NCBI GenBank assembly: GCA_002633005.1
Contig: NMRA01000116.1
Span: forward strand, 841,237 to 905,236
Direction: 5' to 3'
From: Phoronis australis
Taxonomy: Eukaryota; Animalia; Phoronida
DNA length: 64,000 bases
Below the pieces are notes generated by a model that saw nothing but the letters and a program-made list of their open reading frames with translations, did not search any database and had not been told where the DNA came from. Made by a program: the position numbers and the translations under genes. Position 1 is the first letter of the stretch, and each line of letters opens with the position of its first letter. Positions 12,301 through 25,501 of the stretch are shown in pieces.

Positions 12301-13799
12301 ATAAGCTAGCTGTATCAAGTAGCAATTTGTACTCTTTCAAATTGTCACGTGTGTGGTTACAGGTAATTTGAACTTCGGAGGGAAATTTTAAATCACTAGG
12401 GGACTGAATCTTTAGGCATCGTTGGGGGAATTTCGCGGCGAGATTTTGCAATATTTTTAAGTTGAGTGGGGATAGAGCCGATATTCGGCCCCAAAATCGA
12501 GAGATTGAGCTTCCTGTCCTTTAGAAAGAAAAATTCATTATGTTTCAACCCGTAATCATGAAAACACAGCTTGGCTGGCCGAAGATTCACCGGTCGTTGC
12601 TATGATGCTCGGCAACAGAGATGCGATAAAATATGACCTAGCTTTTCGAAACATTTATAAATTTTACACGGAAATATTTTCCTTCGTCGCGGCATATGGC
12701 AACGACCCAACGCTTCCGCAACGTCCATAGGGATTGTAAAACAGACAGTTGAGTGTCCATATATTTTCTGCCGTTCGAGCAACGCGGAATACAACTATGC
12801 CGATAAGCCAACAGTTCTATCGTAGCGAGCCTCGATTTGGAACGCGCCTCCTGTCGGCGTGAATTAGGTCTATAAAGAGTAGTATGTGCTTGTTTGGCAA
12901 TTCTCAGCTGAGGAGAAGCCAGCAGCTAACTGACTAAAAATCTCTACTATCCAAGGTAATTCTCTAGAGTACCTCTGTCGTTCTCCATGAAGCCCAGTTC
13001 ATTTTCTACAGCTTCCAGCCTGTCTCGTGTTTCTGTCAACAATCTTTCGTTCAAAAAGGCCTTCTGTGAACATTCTTTGAGCTGCGCCTCCTTGTCAGCG
13101 AGTGTTGCAGCTACAGATTCTGAATGGAATGCAAAAATTGTTCGTTATCAATATGAATTTCTGATTTTTGTAGTGGCAATTAGTTTACATCTGTGTGAAA
13201 AGTAAAAAGAATTTGTCCGACAAAAAATACATGCAAACAGCTCAGGTCAGGTGCTTTAAGACATTTACGTGCACGTGGAATACGTGTGAATAAACCATTG
13301 GAGCCAATGAATTTACGGCATGCAACAGGAAGGCACGTCAAGTTCGATTGAGCTTAAAATATTTTGACCAAACGTTCTGACCTGACAGTCCCGATGGCTG
13401 AAAATCCAAACTACTGAATTCTATCGATCACGTTGGCCCCTTAATTGTTTACAAAATGAATACTGGGACATACGATTTGCATGCTTCAACTTTTACTGTA
13501 CCATTTATTGTTCTCAAGCGGTCTATCTTCTCGGATAACTCTTCAATCACGTCCTCTTTTTCCGAGAGTTTAGAGGACATATTGTCATAGCTCTGTTCCC
13601 TCTGCTTTATACGTCCATCAATGTCTGATAACAGTTTGTCTAGTTTGCACTCAACTTTTACACAGGTTTGTTCCAACACGTTCAGGTGAGCATTGTTTTC
13701 TGACAACTCGAACTGATTTTCTTTTATGATGTTTGTTACTTCCGCAACACCTCTTTTCAACGACTCTATCATCTTCCAAGCATCGGCATGAATTTCCAT
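6370..13799 (-). CDS. Gene C: uncharacterised ~689-aa protein with an N-terminal coiled coil and a long Ser/Thr/acidic low-complexity tail. Exons 13502-13799, 12973-13119, 10689-10787, 8428-8513, 6370-7809
   Basis: All introns are GT-AG with compatible phases (1,1,1,0); the spliced ORF is 2070 nt with no stop (MEIHADAWK...LRTINESVAATLADKEAQ...ENDRDDLETKISEQ...AAEVGKLDELNV...QLEIKIAELELLK...). Confidence 0.8.
8828..9779. mobile_element. Non-autonomous element with ~135-bp terminal inverted repeats in gene C intron 3
   Basis: 8828-8962 is the reverse complement of 9641-9779. The paralogous site at ~41535-41560 is empty (ccgataa joined directly to tagtaacctcagtgaagg). Confidence 0.8.
11432..12871 (-). 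mobile_element. ISL2EU-like DNA transposon derivative with a degenerate THAP-domain ORF
   Basis: TIRs agacctaattcacgc / gcgtgaattaggtct with AT target duplication. The minus strand at 12660-12810 gives frameshifted THAP-like motifs (CIPRCSN...RKRWVVAICRDEGKYF). Confidence 0.7.
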
Positions 13800-15233
13800 T
13801 TTCGTTTAGCATCTGATGTGTGACGTTTAAGATATTGAACGCTCGTGTTTTCTGGTACGTGCATTCATTATACCACACAGTTGCATTTTGCCTTGTCAAT
13901 ATTCAGCTCAAAAAGATTGACTACATTTTGCCCTGTTTAGCTGGCTAAAGACGAAAATAAAAACACTGAGAGTAGGTCAACTGCGGTGGTACACACACGT
14001 TTATTTGGACTTTGTACGCCAACAAGTGTTCATGTTACTACCTCTGGTGTTTATTTCGATTTTGTATTCTAACGGTCTGCGTTGGCTCTCGTCGTAACGT
14101 TTATGCTATGACCTGCTGTTTATTTTGACAATGCGCACCATGCTAGAAACGGGGTGGCGTTGTCCCTTTGTTCCTCAAGCGTGAATTTTTTACACCCAAT
14201 ACCAAGAACAGATGAACAACGCTACCCCGTTTCACAACGGTTCACTCAGTGTTTCCGAAAAAAGATTCCAGTTTTGATCATTAAAGGTGCACTTCATTCC
14301 CAGTTGTGGAAATCACGAAATTAATTCTCATGAACTTGCCGCGATAACAATAATTGAGTTCTACCATTAAAAGGATTTGATGGTCACTTGACATGTACTT
14401 GAAGAAGACCCATAAATTACGAGTTCGCACATCCTAAAGAACCTTTGAATTAAAACTCATTTTTCTTGTGACAATGTTGGAAATGGAAATCATTTTATCA
14501 TGGTTTGGATAGGTTTAAAACGTCATCCTGTGTTGTTTGAGTAACTTGCTTCAGTTTACACAGTAGGCTTTGAGTGAATAGGAATGTTCTATTCTATGTG
14601 TGCTGTTCAAAACCATTCTCTACGGATCACGCTGGTTCAGAAAGTTTCCAAGCATTTCATGCCCAACTGATCTTCACACCAGTGTGATAGAAATTGAAAG
14701 GCGCACTCAGCGATTCTTTTAACATTTCGAATTTAATGTTTTTAAATCTTCATTAATCATTCATTTTGTAACTTTCGTTTTCTCTTTCCACGAGACAAAA
14801 ATTTCAAAGATATATTACTAATGGTCAGGAACTTCCTACTGGACACAAAGTACACACATGTATGACTTATATCCATATTCTATATTTTCTGGAAATTTTA
14901 GGGACGCAAAACCGTTGGCAACCTGAGGCAGGCTGGTGATCCTATCTATGCCTCCACTGATCCATTTGAAGGCTTGATAGAAGCACTAGAGAGATTGCGC
15001 TGTTACAAGCAGAAGTCTGGCAACATCCCCTCTGCTGACTTGCTTAGATACGCTGTTCTTTTCAGGCATGGCTCTCACACAGAATTTAACTGTCAGGGCA
15101 CAATTATATTTTAAATAAAAAGTGACCAATTAAATGCAATGTGAATTCTTTCATCATCCACTTTCTAATGAAAGAATACTGGGTATTGAGGAAAACTGCT
15201 AAATATTTCGGAAATTTTATTGACAATAAGTGC

Positions 15234-15519
15234 CTATGACGTAACGGTGTGATAAATTTCGTAGTTGTAGTGTCCTCCGCATGTCTGCCCGAAACCATCG
15301 GCACATGGAAGTAGGCAATTAACATCATCTACCACAACGCCGCTGAAGGTGCTGTCGCCACAGTAGCATCTGTCACCGTTACTTAACCCGGCGTAACTGT
15401 AGCCATGCACGACTGGCGCAGACCCGTTTACAGTAATAGGCGGAGTTCTGTTGGGTTGAGATATGAAAGTAGAGCCTCGTGTAAATATGACTGGTGACTG
15501 AAGCAGCCAACTCTGTCTC
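15234..15519 (-). pseudogene. Frameshifted copy of the gene B terminal WSC exon
   Basis: Homologous to the intact 275-nt exons at 46292-46566 and 52450-52724 but 286 nt long (7-bp and 4-bp insertions shift the frame). Confidence 0.85.
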
Positions 15520-15599
15520 CTGGAAGTATAAGTAAAAGTCTAAATATATGTCTAGACTATAGTAGAATGAAGCCGTAGTCATGAGATGTCATGGTCAAT

Positions 15600-16017
15600 A
15601 TTTTTGAGAGAGGAATAGGGCCGACATTCGGCCCTAAAATCGAGGGGTTGAGCTGGGCCCTGAACCTTTTAAAAAATGCATCACGTTTCTACCCGCAGTC
15701 ATGAAAACGCAGCCTGGCGAGCTGAAGATTCTCCGGTCCGTTGCTATTGTGCTCGGCAACTGAGAAGCGACAAAATATGATATAACTTTTCGAAAACATT
15801 TATAAATTTTACACAGATATATTTTCCTTCATCGCGACGTATGGCGACGAACCAACGCTCCTGAATATTAACGTTATGAGGGATTGTAAAACAGACAGTC
15901 GAGTGTCCGTATTTTTCTAGCAGTTCGAGCAACGCGGAATACAAGCAGATAAGCCAACAGAACTAACGTAGCGAGCCTCGTTTTGGAACGGGCCTCCTGT
16001 CGGCGTGAATTAGGTCT
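15600..16017 (-). mobile_element. Second, truncated copy of the THAP end of the 11432-12871 ISL2EU-like family
   Basis: Similar to 12460-12871; ends in gcgtgaattaggtct+AT; ORF 15744-15944 contains ERWFVAIRRDEGKY (THAP-like). Confidence 0.75.
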
Positions 16018-16019
16018 AT

Positions 16020-16322
16020 AGCTGGCTCTCTATTGACACTCGCTGTAACTGCTGATTCTCTTCACTGCAACTCTTTAACTGCTTAACTGCTTTTCTTCTG
16101 ATTAACTGACTGTCCCAGAACCGTGCCTGAGTACGCATAGACTAATGCATTGTTCTAGAACTTTTCACCAGTTCAAGCACGTTCTAGAACTTTTCGGAAT
16201 CTACTCAAACATTCTACAAACATATACTAGTCTCTAGAATATTCCAGACTGCATTAATCACTGTCATGCTAGAGTCTTCTAGAAAGTTCCACACTATACT
16301 GTAATAAAAGAATTACATCATC
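16020..16322 (-). mobile_element. Probable LTR fragment rich in heat-shock-element-like motifs
   Basis: Repeated TTCTAGAA motifs, with a perfect TTCnnGAAnnTTC at 16277-16289; TG-starting end on the minus strand near 16316-16322. LTR identity is inferred. Confidence 0.4.
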
Positions 16323-16770
16323 ACTGCACTCAAAAAACAGAACCACAAAACAAAATAAAACAAAACAACTAAAAACAGTGTCAGTCTATATTCTGACATT
16401 TTAATTGATGGATACATGTAGCTGAAATTTCGAAATCTGTTCAGTATTTATTGAAATTTTTAACTATCCGGTGTAAAAACCATCTTAAACAAATCACTCG
16501 TTCGTACTCATCCGGCTTACGGCCCATGCTGGGCTTACCGCCCACTCCCAAAAATTTCAACTTTTCATTTTTAAGTGCCCATGCTCGGTTTACCACCCAT
16601 CCCCAATTTTTCATGAGCAAGACTTCCGTAAAATATCTGTTCTTCTGTGAACGTTCGTTGCGCAAAATTAAAATTCCAATTAATCAGTTTTAGCAGAACC
16701 GGGACCTTGCCTTACTATGGCGGTAAAATTCCCAGCGTATTCTCATGCCCTTTACTGAAGGAGACACAAT

Positions 16771-17400
16771 GGGGCTATTCGGAAAATTTACATTAACTTG
16801 AGGGCGCGCGTGTACTTGAGGTAGATAAGCAGCCTCGATTTCGCGAGCCCTTTAAATACATGTTGAATATGAGATTGTGTGAAAAGGGTGCTTCTATGAG
16901 AGGAAGTAAGAACGCCCTTATACAAAGGTAAGGTTTGTGATTATTTTAACGATTATTCCATGTTTATTCTACTGATGCCTGTTAACTGAGGTACTCGCCG
17001 ATGTCGAATTCGCGGCAGTCGCCAGTCGGGTTAATCTTTGTTGTGATTTGTGTTACGATACTTGACGTAGCACTCGGAATCTTTTTGTATATCAGAGCAG
17101 TATTATTGTTTGGAATGATTTCTGACAGGTTTATCAGTGACAGTTACATCAATCAATGCTCAATGATTATGCTGTCATCACGACATTGGTAAGTGAGTTA
17201 AGATTACAATCCAAGTCCAATGGCAAAAGGTACGTGACAAATATCCATTAGACTATTTGTTTAGGCCTACTCTCTATCCTATATCTTCCGGAAATCTATT
17301 ACACGTGGAAATGGAATCTATTATGTCTTTTTCACGTGTCCTTTGGTTTTTAGTTTTGAGGGCTTTTGCCGTGCAGAGGAGATATGCATTGCTTCTGCTG
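16771..17400 (+). mobile_element. Inverted copy of the right arm (SAP-domain end) of the ISL2EU-like element at 17508-21022
   Basis: Reverse complement of ~20345-21022; starts AT|ggggctattcgga. Confidence 0.85.
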
Positions 17401-17507
17401 AAATAGAAAATCAATCAGTTGAAGGCACTGATACAAACTCGTTAAAATTCATGAAAATTCCTATCTTTACCCTGCTTGAAATGAAACTGGCCTTCGCTGT
17501 ATACAAT

Positions 17508-20500
17508 GGGGCTATTCGGAGAATTCTTCTCGCGGTGTCGCTGCTGTACTAGTGGTGATTGAATTGCGCATGCGTGGCTGTCTGCATGTAAACAACTGGT
17601 CAAAGATGCAATTTTTATCAAAATACGTCGTGGCGCTAAGCCTTATTACTGCTAATTTCCCTGGTGCAAGTCTTCGACAGGGGGCCACAAATTCCCAATA
17701 GACCTAAGGTTACTGTATTCGTGGACAATTGCGGTCAACAGGGTCAACTCACTGACAAAAAGCGTGTGGATGCTGAAGCCCCGTGTGTGCTCTTTGACTT
17801 AGCAGTTCCATTCGGAGACTTCACAACATTACTTGGTAAGTTTTTAGCAATCAGTTTCTATCAACATCGTTCGGTGGTGCTATCCCCACCAGTTACCCCA
17901 CTGAATAACAGTTTTATTGATTGAAACTAAGTGTTTCTTTTTGGAAACTCACCCGATGCCGGGTAGGCTAGCAGCACATATGATATTGATTATTGTCCTG
18001 GGTGGGAGTGCTCCCAAAATAAGAGGTGTATGGTACGTGATGCACAGAAGTCAAGAGTGACTTTTTCACAGCAGTTTCTCTTCAAAACTTTGCTGTTTCC
18101 AATAAAATTCTCTAGGTGAGTGAGTTTCCTTATTTTATCGTGGACCCCACCCCCAGGATTACCAGCTCAGTTATCGAATTAACATGAATAAGCCTTAATT
18201 CAGTAAATGTCGTAACATTGCATTGGAAAAAATTGACACCTAGATTGAATTTTACTTGTTGAGATCAGAAGCACATTTTAAGTGTCATGAAAAATACACA
18301 TTGTTAAATCACTTTTAGCCTGTTTCACATATTTTAATTCAGATATTAAATAAGACTTGGGTACAAAGGTTATTAGTTTTTACACATAAACATGAAGATA
18401 AATGTCAAGTATGTTCTGCCTTACAAAAGTAGTTTTGTCTTGTCTTTTCTTTTAAAATTTGCTAATATTTCTATTCTGTTACAGGCAAGAACAAACAACT
18501 GAAACCAACCACCTGACCATCTATTTCACCGTTGGACAAAGTGAAAAGCAATCCTTCAGCAATAACCTGAGACAACTGAACGTAATTCAGAAATTCAGCA
18601 CCTGATATACCTGATTATGGACTCCCTCACAATGTTGTTTCTTTCTGTGCTTTTTCAGTTTGCCATTTGTTTTTAAATACACTGATAATTGTTTATTCTC
18701 GAATCTTGTGCATAGCAGATTCTTATCCAGCTAGCTACAATTGAAAACATACAATAAGACAATCGATGCAGTCACTGAATGTCATTTCCCCATAATCTGT
18801 ACCAAATTGAAAAGTTTTTACCAATAGTATAAAGCCTTTCTTCTGAAAGGAAAATTTAATGTCACTCAGCTTTTGGCTTTCATTTCACTGGGTTCTAGTT
18901 TCAATGGCCTATAGAAGCGCTTGTAAAAAAGGTCCAGTTTCAACACGTGGCTTTCTTTCATGTAACCTCATTCAGCCTCAATAACATCCACAATTAGACC
19001 CTTGAAGGTAAACACAGCAGCATATCACTTGAATCGTTTTGAGCCCAAAATCAGACTCTGAACTAGACCAGAGTGTGACTAGGTCTTCTTTAGCTTCAGT
19101 CCCTCATGTTTCTTCCAGGAAAGGAAATAAGCTATTGTCCACACATGACTCATTGCCTATGAAAGGGCATCCTCACCAACAAGGCTTATTTGTGTAGCAG
19201 TCAGATATAGTTCGTCTGGATACACAGACACTCCACTGGCACATTGTCTTATGGTAACTTAGTACTGCGATTCACATTTCTCCAGGGCCACTGACTTGCA
19301 CATTGTGCCATGCAGCACTGCTGGTGTGTGGAAGTGCTGTGGGAAGAGAACGGAGTAACAAAGCTTGTCTATGATACAGCTTGAAGTGGCCTTAAAATGT
19401 CACTGAACCTGGAACAAATATTGAAATATGAATAATTAAGTACTCCAGATTGGATCAAAAATGTTATCCCTGTTTTTCAAAAATATATGGTGATTGGTCT
19501 ACAGTTTCACATAAAAGTAAATAATTACTATTTTCAGAAACCAAGGGTGTATATAATGAGTATTGCATAAAACTGTGTCTTTATTTTTTATCCCTAGCCA
19601 TAACAATTCTTTAAACGCATCACTTGTCTGTAAAATATACAAGCTTTTTGAGACAACTTCAAACCTTTGTTACCCATTTTCAAGCCTTTTTAATTTTGAT
19701 ACTTTCAGCAATTTTAAACTCAGATTACAGGTTCATGGGTCTGTCAAGCATACTTCTAGCCTAAGGTTGAGGGAACCGTTTTTCTTCTAATAGAAGATAT
19801 GAAGACTTGGGTCATTTAAAAATGATGGATAATCTTTCTGTTGTTTAAGAGTAATTACAAATCGTAAGGCACCATCAAAAATGCAATTTTCACAAAAATG
19901 GCAGTCATTTGAATTTATAACGACTTGCAACATTTCAAGGCATGAGTTAAGACTATTCAGTCACTGTGAATTCGGAAAATGTAATATATTTTCGTGGTTT
20001 TACAATTGATACAAGTAGCAAAACAGTTTCATGAAATCAACTTGAAGGGACTTCGTGAAGGTTAAGAATTACCTCACCATGCTCTTTTCCCCAAACATGT
20101 ATTACCTGTTATTTCCACACATTCAGTTGTACCAAATATTACAACCCCCCATGCCAATCCTCCCTCGGGACCTGAATAAGTAATTTAACAAAATGACTTT
20201 AAAAATAGCTGTTCCTTTTCAAAGGCTTTGTTCGTTGTCTCCAATATTGAAAGTAGGCTTTGACAACAGATCTGCACTGGATGGGAAGATCTTGTTGGTT
20301 AGCTGCAGTCAAATGCTAAAAACCAATTTTTGTCCATTCAGGGACGGTGCAGAAGCGATGCATATCTCCTCTGCACGGTACAAGCCTTCAAACCTAAAAA
20401 CCAAAGGTTACGTGAAAACTGACGTGATAGATTTCCATTTCAACGTGTAATAGATTTCCAGAAGACATATGATAGGGAGTAAACAAATAGTCTAATGCAA

Positions 20501-21022
20501 TGGATATTTATCACTCACGTACCCTTTGCCATTGGGATTGGATTGTAATCTTAACTCATTAACCTGTATCGAGTTGACAGCATAAACATTCAGCATTGAT
20601 TGATGTAACTGTCACTGATAAACTTTTAGAAATCATTCCAAACAATAATAATGCTTTGATGTACGAAAAGATCCCGATTGCTACGTCAAGTATCGTATCA
20701 CATATCACAACATACAAAGATTAACCAGACTCTGGCTGGCGACTGACTGCCGCGAAGTCGACATCGGCGAGTGCCTCAGTTAACAGGCATCGGTAGAATA
20801 ATCATGGAATAATCGTTAAAAAAAACACAAACCTTACCTTTGTATGAGGTCGTGCTTACTTCCTCTCTTAGAAGCACCCCTTTTACGCAATCTCAGATTC
20901 AGTTGGCACGGCTGCAAGCCATTTCACCATGTATTTAAAGGGCTCGCGAAATCGAGGCTGTTAATCTATCACCACTAGTACACGCACGCCCTCTAGTTAT
21001 TGTAGATTTTCCGAATAGCCCC
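17508..21022. mobile_element. Decayed ISL2EU-like transposon: THAP remnant on +, convergent SAP...YqaJ exonuclease remnant on -
   Basis: TIRs ggggctattcgga / tccgaatagcccc with AT TSD. The + strand at 17640-17837 gives SWTIAVNR...PRVCS (THAP). The - strand at 20838-20930 gives LRKRGASKRGSKHDLIQR (SAP). Confidence 0.75.
18890..19408 (-). pseudogene. YqaJ-like (lambda-exonuclease fold) ORF remnant of the ISL2EU-like element
   Basis: Translation with stops and frameshifts: HTPAVLHG...GVSVYPDELYLTAT...LVGED...LKLKKT*SH..LVQ...VFTFKGL...LKLDLFYKRFYRP, matching the motif order of YqaJ proteins. Confidence 0.65.
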
Positions 21023-24000
21023 ATTGCGCTAAAAGTAGATATGTAGTGATACAAAGACACTCGTATAATTTGTTTGATTGGCTGCCATGACAAACCACGC
21101 GGAAGTGGAAAAATTCACAGATTTCATCAAACTTTGTATCTTTTACGCACTGAACTCTGGTTACATTTGTATAACGATTGGGGCATTATTTAGAGGGCGT
21201 GGGTTACTCAAAAAACCAGACAAAGAATTATTATTTCGTTTTTTCATCATGTAGAAATTCCCAATTTAATTCTAAGTTTAACAAAAAATAGTACTTCCAA
21301 CAAAAAAATTCTTCGTCCAGATTCCAAACATTTAACCTTATATTCATATATAAAAAACCTTCACACCCCTTGCTAAGGACTATCCTATGTGGGCAACGAC
21401 AGCAAAAATGGTCACTTGCTGGTGTGCCGTCCATTTTGCGTGGTGTGAATTTCGCACTCAAGGTCGAAAGCCAACATCCCGTGGAGTATGAAAATGCAGT
21501 TGAAGTCCGTGCAAAGATTTGGAATTAGAGTACTGAGGGTTCCTGGATCTTTTAAGGTGAGTTTTGTTTGATAGATGAAATTTTAACTCACACTAAAAAT
21601 TTTTAAACTATTTCAGCACGGCAAAATCATCGACACGCGTAAGCGACAAACGAAGGTTTGAAAAGTGGTTTTAAATAAAATCACATAACGTGAAATTTAA
21701 CTGCAATATAGTCCAACATTTGAAGGGGGTTTTTGCTATAAAGAACCCGACGATGAATTTAAAAATAAAATTAACTTGTATTTATTTTGCTCTAAAGTTG
21801 AAAATTGACAAAATTTGATGTTTAAAAACGAAATTAAAAACTCTTCGTGCAGAAAGTGAAATGTTGATCTTTCTTTTATGTAAAAGCATTAAATGACCCC
21901 CCACAGCTGCTGAATCCAATTGGCAAATTGTCGCAAGGAGCTGAAACATCCTTACTTGTCGGTGCCGCGGTTTCACGTGACTGGGATTTCTGAACCTGGG
22001 CTTTCATTCAAATTTCACATTTCCCTGTCGATACGCGGAATAATGTCTCGTGGGATATTACTTCATGTACGCCACTCTCGGTACGTTATGTGTATATATA
22101 GTATATCTGTTGTCTATAATCTATAGATGAGATGCAGTACACTTCATTTCGCGTATACTCGAAAAGAGAGTAGGTGCTCGAAATTTCGAACACATTATGC
22201 CATTGAAAACTCTAAAGTAGACTCTTGAGTAGGCCTATAGAGTGTGAGTTTTTGCGTCGAGTCTAAGTACGGAGATTGAAGACCGGACCCCGGCCCAAAC
22301 TGTAGGATAGGCCTGCCCTTTGCAATTAGGGAGCCAAGATGTCAAGGTTTGAATTCATATAGCCTTTGCTTGCACATTGTCTCACGAGTACGATATCATG
22401 CGTAATGAAATGCCACACGTTTTATTTGGATGTAGAAGGTAAAAAGTATTTTTAGGTATTTTGCGTACTTGTGTTAGGTTTATGATAATATTTTGCTAGA
22501 ATATTTATTAAAGTTCTTCTCTCACGCGTTGTTAACCCTTATTACATGGTTAGAGGATATTATAAGGATCCAAGATATACTTACCCCATAACTAATACAC
22601 AATCCGTACTCGAAAAAAGTTTAAATGAACGCGCCCGAAGAACCACCGCCATTTTGAACTTGCCGCGAACCCGGAAGTACAATTCATTCAGGAACCCAGG
22701 CCGAGAAAACGCCGTCAGTGCGACTGGAGCAGTGCCTGTTCTGTTACCAGCCAGCAAACGGGGATGAAATAATCGACAGCGCGCCTTAATTTTAATAAAA
22801 TCAAACTACGGACAATTTTATGGAATTTGCTGAAGAAATTATTTTGCCAGACTCGGGACCGCACTGGCTATCGGACCCGGTGCGGATCGAGACCAGACAT
22901 TGGCGAACGGTAAATGCATGCGGTTGCAAGCTGCTTTGTCGAAGTAAAATGGTCATATCATAAATGCTGCATATATTCAAGGGTAGTTTCAGACACTTGC
23001 ATGAAATTACGGGCTGGTTAGTCCTGTGTCACACTGCCGCGGCGAGACCTTAGTTAGCCTCAGTCACCAGCTACCAGTGAAGACTATCATCAAAATACAG
23101 CTTGTTAGTAGGCCTATACAGCTTTGCGCCAAGGCTACCCTTAGGCCTAACTGGTCGCTGGCCACAGCGCTCGCTCAAACGAGGTTTATTTAGAACTTGG
23201 GTACTTCTGGCGAACTGTGCAAAGTTGTTGGCTTTCAATAGAGATTTTCCCAGACTTTGTATGAGTGCACCAAGCCTAAAAGAGGGGGGGGCTGGAATTT
23301 TTGGGAATGTCTATCTTTTACTATAAGATTCAGTGGGTATGTTCAGAGCTATGAATTGCAGACTCTAAATTTTGGTACTTCCTGTCTTCTAGTGGAATAT
23401 TGTCTCATTTTCTACTTTTTTCGGAATTCGTGCTTCTGTGACTGAGGCAGACCTTTTTCCAGTTCTCCAAAAAGGGGGCTCGTTCGAGCACATAAGTATG
23501 ACAAGTCCAATACAACATGTTATCATTTTTTATTCATTAACCCAAAATGATTCAAACTTTTAACATAATAAGTAACTTAAAATGCACAATACTTTACAAC
23601 ATTTAGCATTACAAACACTATTCAACAGCAACAGTTTCCATGATATGAAAGTGGACATACATGTAACTATTACCATGGTGACGGAATAGTGTTTCCTTAC
23701 ACCAGAATTTGACAAGCATCATTTAAAAAAATACGAAGTTGCAAGGAACAAGAATTAGAGGCTTGAAGCTTCACAATCCAACATACATGTAGCTTATTTC
23801 TCAAATTAAGATATTGTTGACTTGATAACCTGAATTAAGAAGCAATAATTACAAAACATGACTTGAAAGCAATTGAGACTTAAAATTTTGAAAAATATGA
23901 ATCATTTTGTGACACCAAATCAAGTCTTGAACAGCAGTTGACAGTCAAACAAAAAAACATTTCAAAATTATTTCAAGACAACTATTTTTTGAGCTTAGTG

Positions 24001-25104
24001 TAAGATGACCTGAATGGGAAATTTACAGTAAAATAATTCGAATGTATCTTATATTTTTGCACAAAAACACGAAAACTGAACAAAGTTTCTTTTTTGTAGC
24101 AACGTTTGTCAAAATGTATCAACGTTAAATCTTCACAAATTACAAAGTAGCCGATTGAACATGCCTTTCAGTTCAGCAAAAGTCGCCATGTTGTCGGTGC
24201 CGCCAGAAATGAGACTTAAGTCCAACGGGAATTGTGAGCACATTTATCACTTAATGAGTAACAACTGCGAGGCTGAAATTTGGTGAACCCTGTTAAATCG
24301 TGCAGAATAGTAAGTAAAGATATGTCTAACTAAATTTCACCGTAATTTGTAGGCGAAAACAATTTACACAAAGTTTTAAACTCGTAACTTATCCCGCTGT
24401 CCTCCAATATGGCCGACGCGATCCAAACAAAATGACCCAAATTTCGCCACAAAACTTGCAATAACTTTACACTGCTTGCTCCGATTTTGATACTTTTTCG
24501 ATTTTTACTGAGTAGAATGCACTACCTTTCCGATGATAGCAAAGTACTTTTTGAAAACGAGAAAAAAATAAAACCGAAAAAAATTTGGTTCGACCCATAT
24601 TGGTTCCTAGGTTCGACCGGCCTACTTAAGGAACTAAACACCAATGCTATTTTAACATACTAAGTACGCGTAACATTCCAAAAAATCAACGACCACTAAC
24701 TACAAATTATAAATACACTACATATGCAAACGAATCACAAGATATTACTTACAACAAAATAATGAAGACTTTTCGAGCAAGCGATAGCACATTCAGTTAC
24801 AAGCAAAAAATGGCGGCTTTCAGGACAAGTTCGTGAACTGATGAGCCGGAAATTGTGGGTACGGAAATAACCGATGACAACCGGTAATCATACGCTCAGA
24901 GAGAAGGGTCAAATACTGTTCAAAAATCCCTTTTGGCAGGAAAGGCGAAAAGAATATAAAGAGAGGGTGTCCAAAATAAGATTTTATGTAGTAAGTATTT
25001 TCGGATACTGGAATCACATGGGCAGTTTGAGAGAAGGACTTTAAACAGATAGTGCACATGACAGCAAAATGCTATGCTGTCAACTCGTAAACAATAAGAG
25101 CAGA

Positions 25105-25474
25105 CGAACTGGTTCGTGTAGAAAGCATTTTTATCAACAATTTACAAGAAGAAACGCAACCTAGCATTCAGCATAATACTTAATACGTAACCACCGCAAT
25201 TTGGTCATATTTACTTTTCATGTGTCGAACCTAGTTTTTCCGAAAAAAAACTTATAGACTTTCTCAGTTCGGACAACTCTTTGTTACATTGATCTGTTCT
25301 CTATAAATGTATTTTTCTACGTCTCTGTGGTTAATTATCGACACATTTTTAAGATTTAATATCCAGGTTGGACTCGAAAGACCGGCCATTTAACTCACGC
25401 AATGTTAACTTCCGCTTTGTTTATCGCAGTGAGCCTCGCTTTGGATTTTAATGTCTGCCGCGTGAATTAAGTCT
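25105..25474 (+). mobile_element. Inverted fragment of the left end of the 11432-12871 ISL2EU-like family
   Basis: Reverse complement of ~11432-11785; ends gcgtgaattaagtct+AT. Confidence 0.8.
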
Positions 25475-25501
25475 ATGGTTCCCCCAGTTTCGAGTAGTAG
25501 C

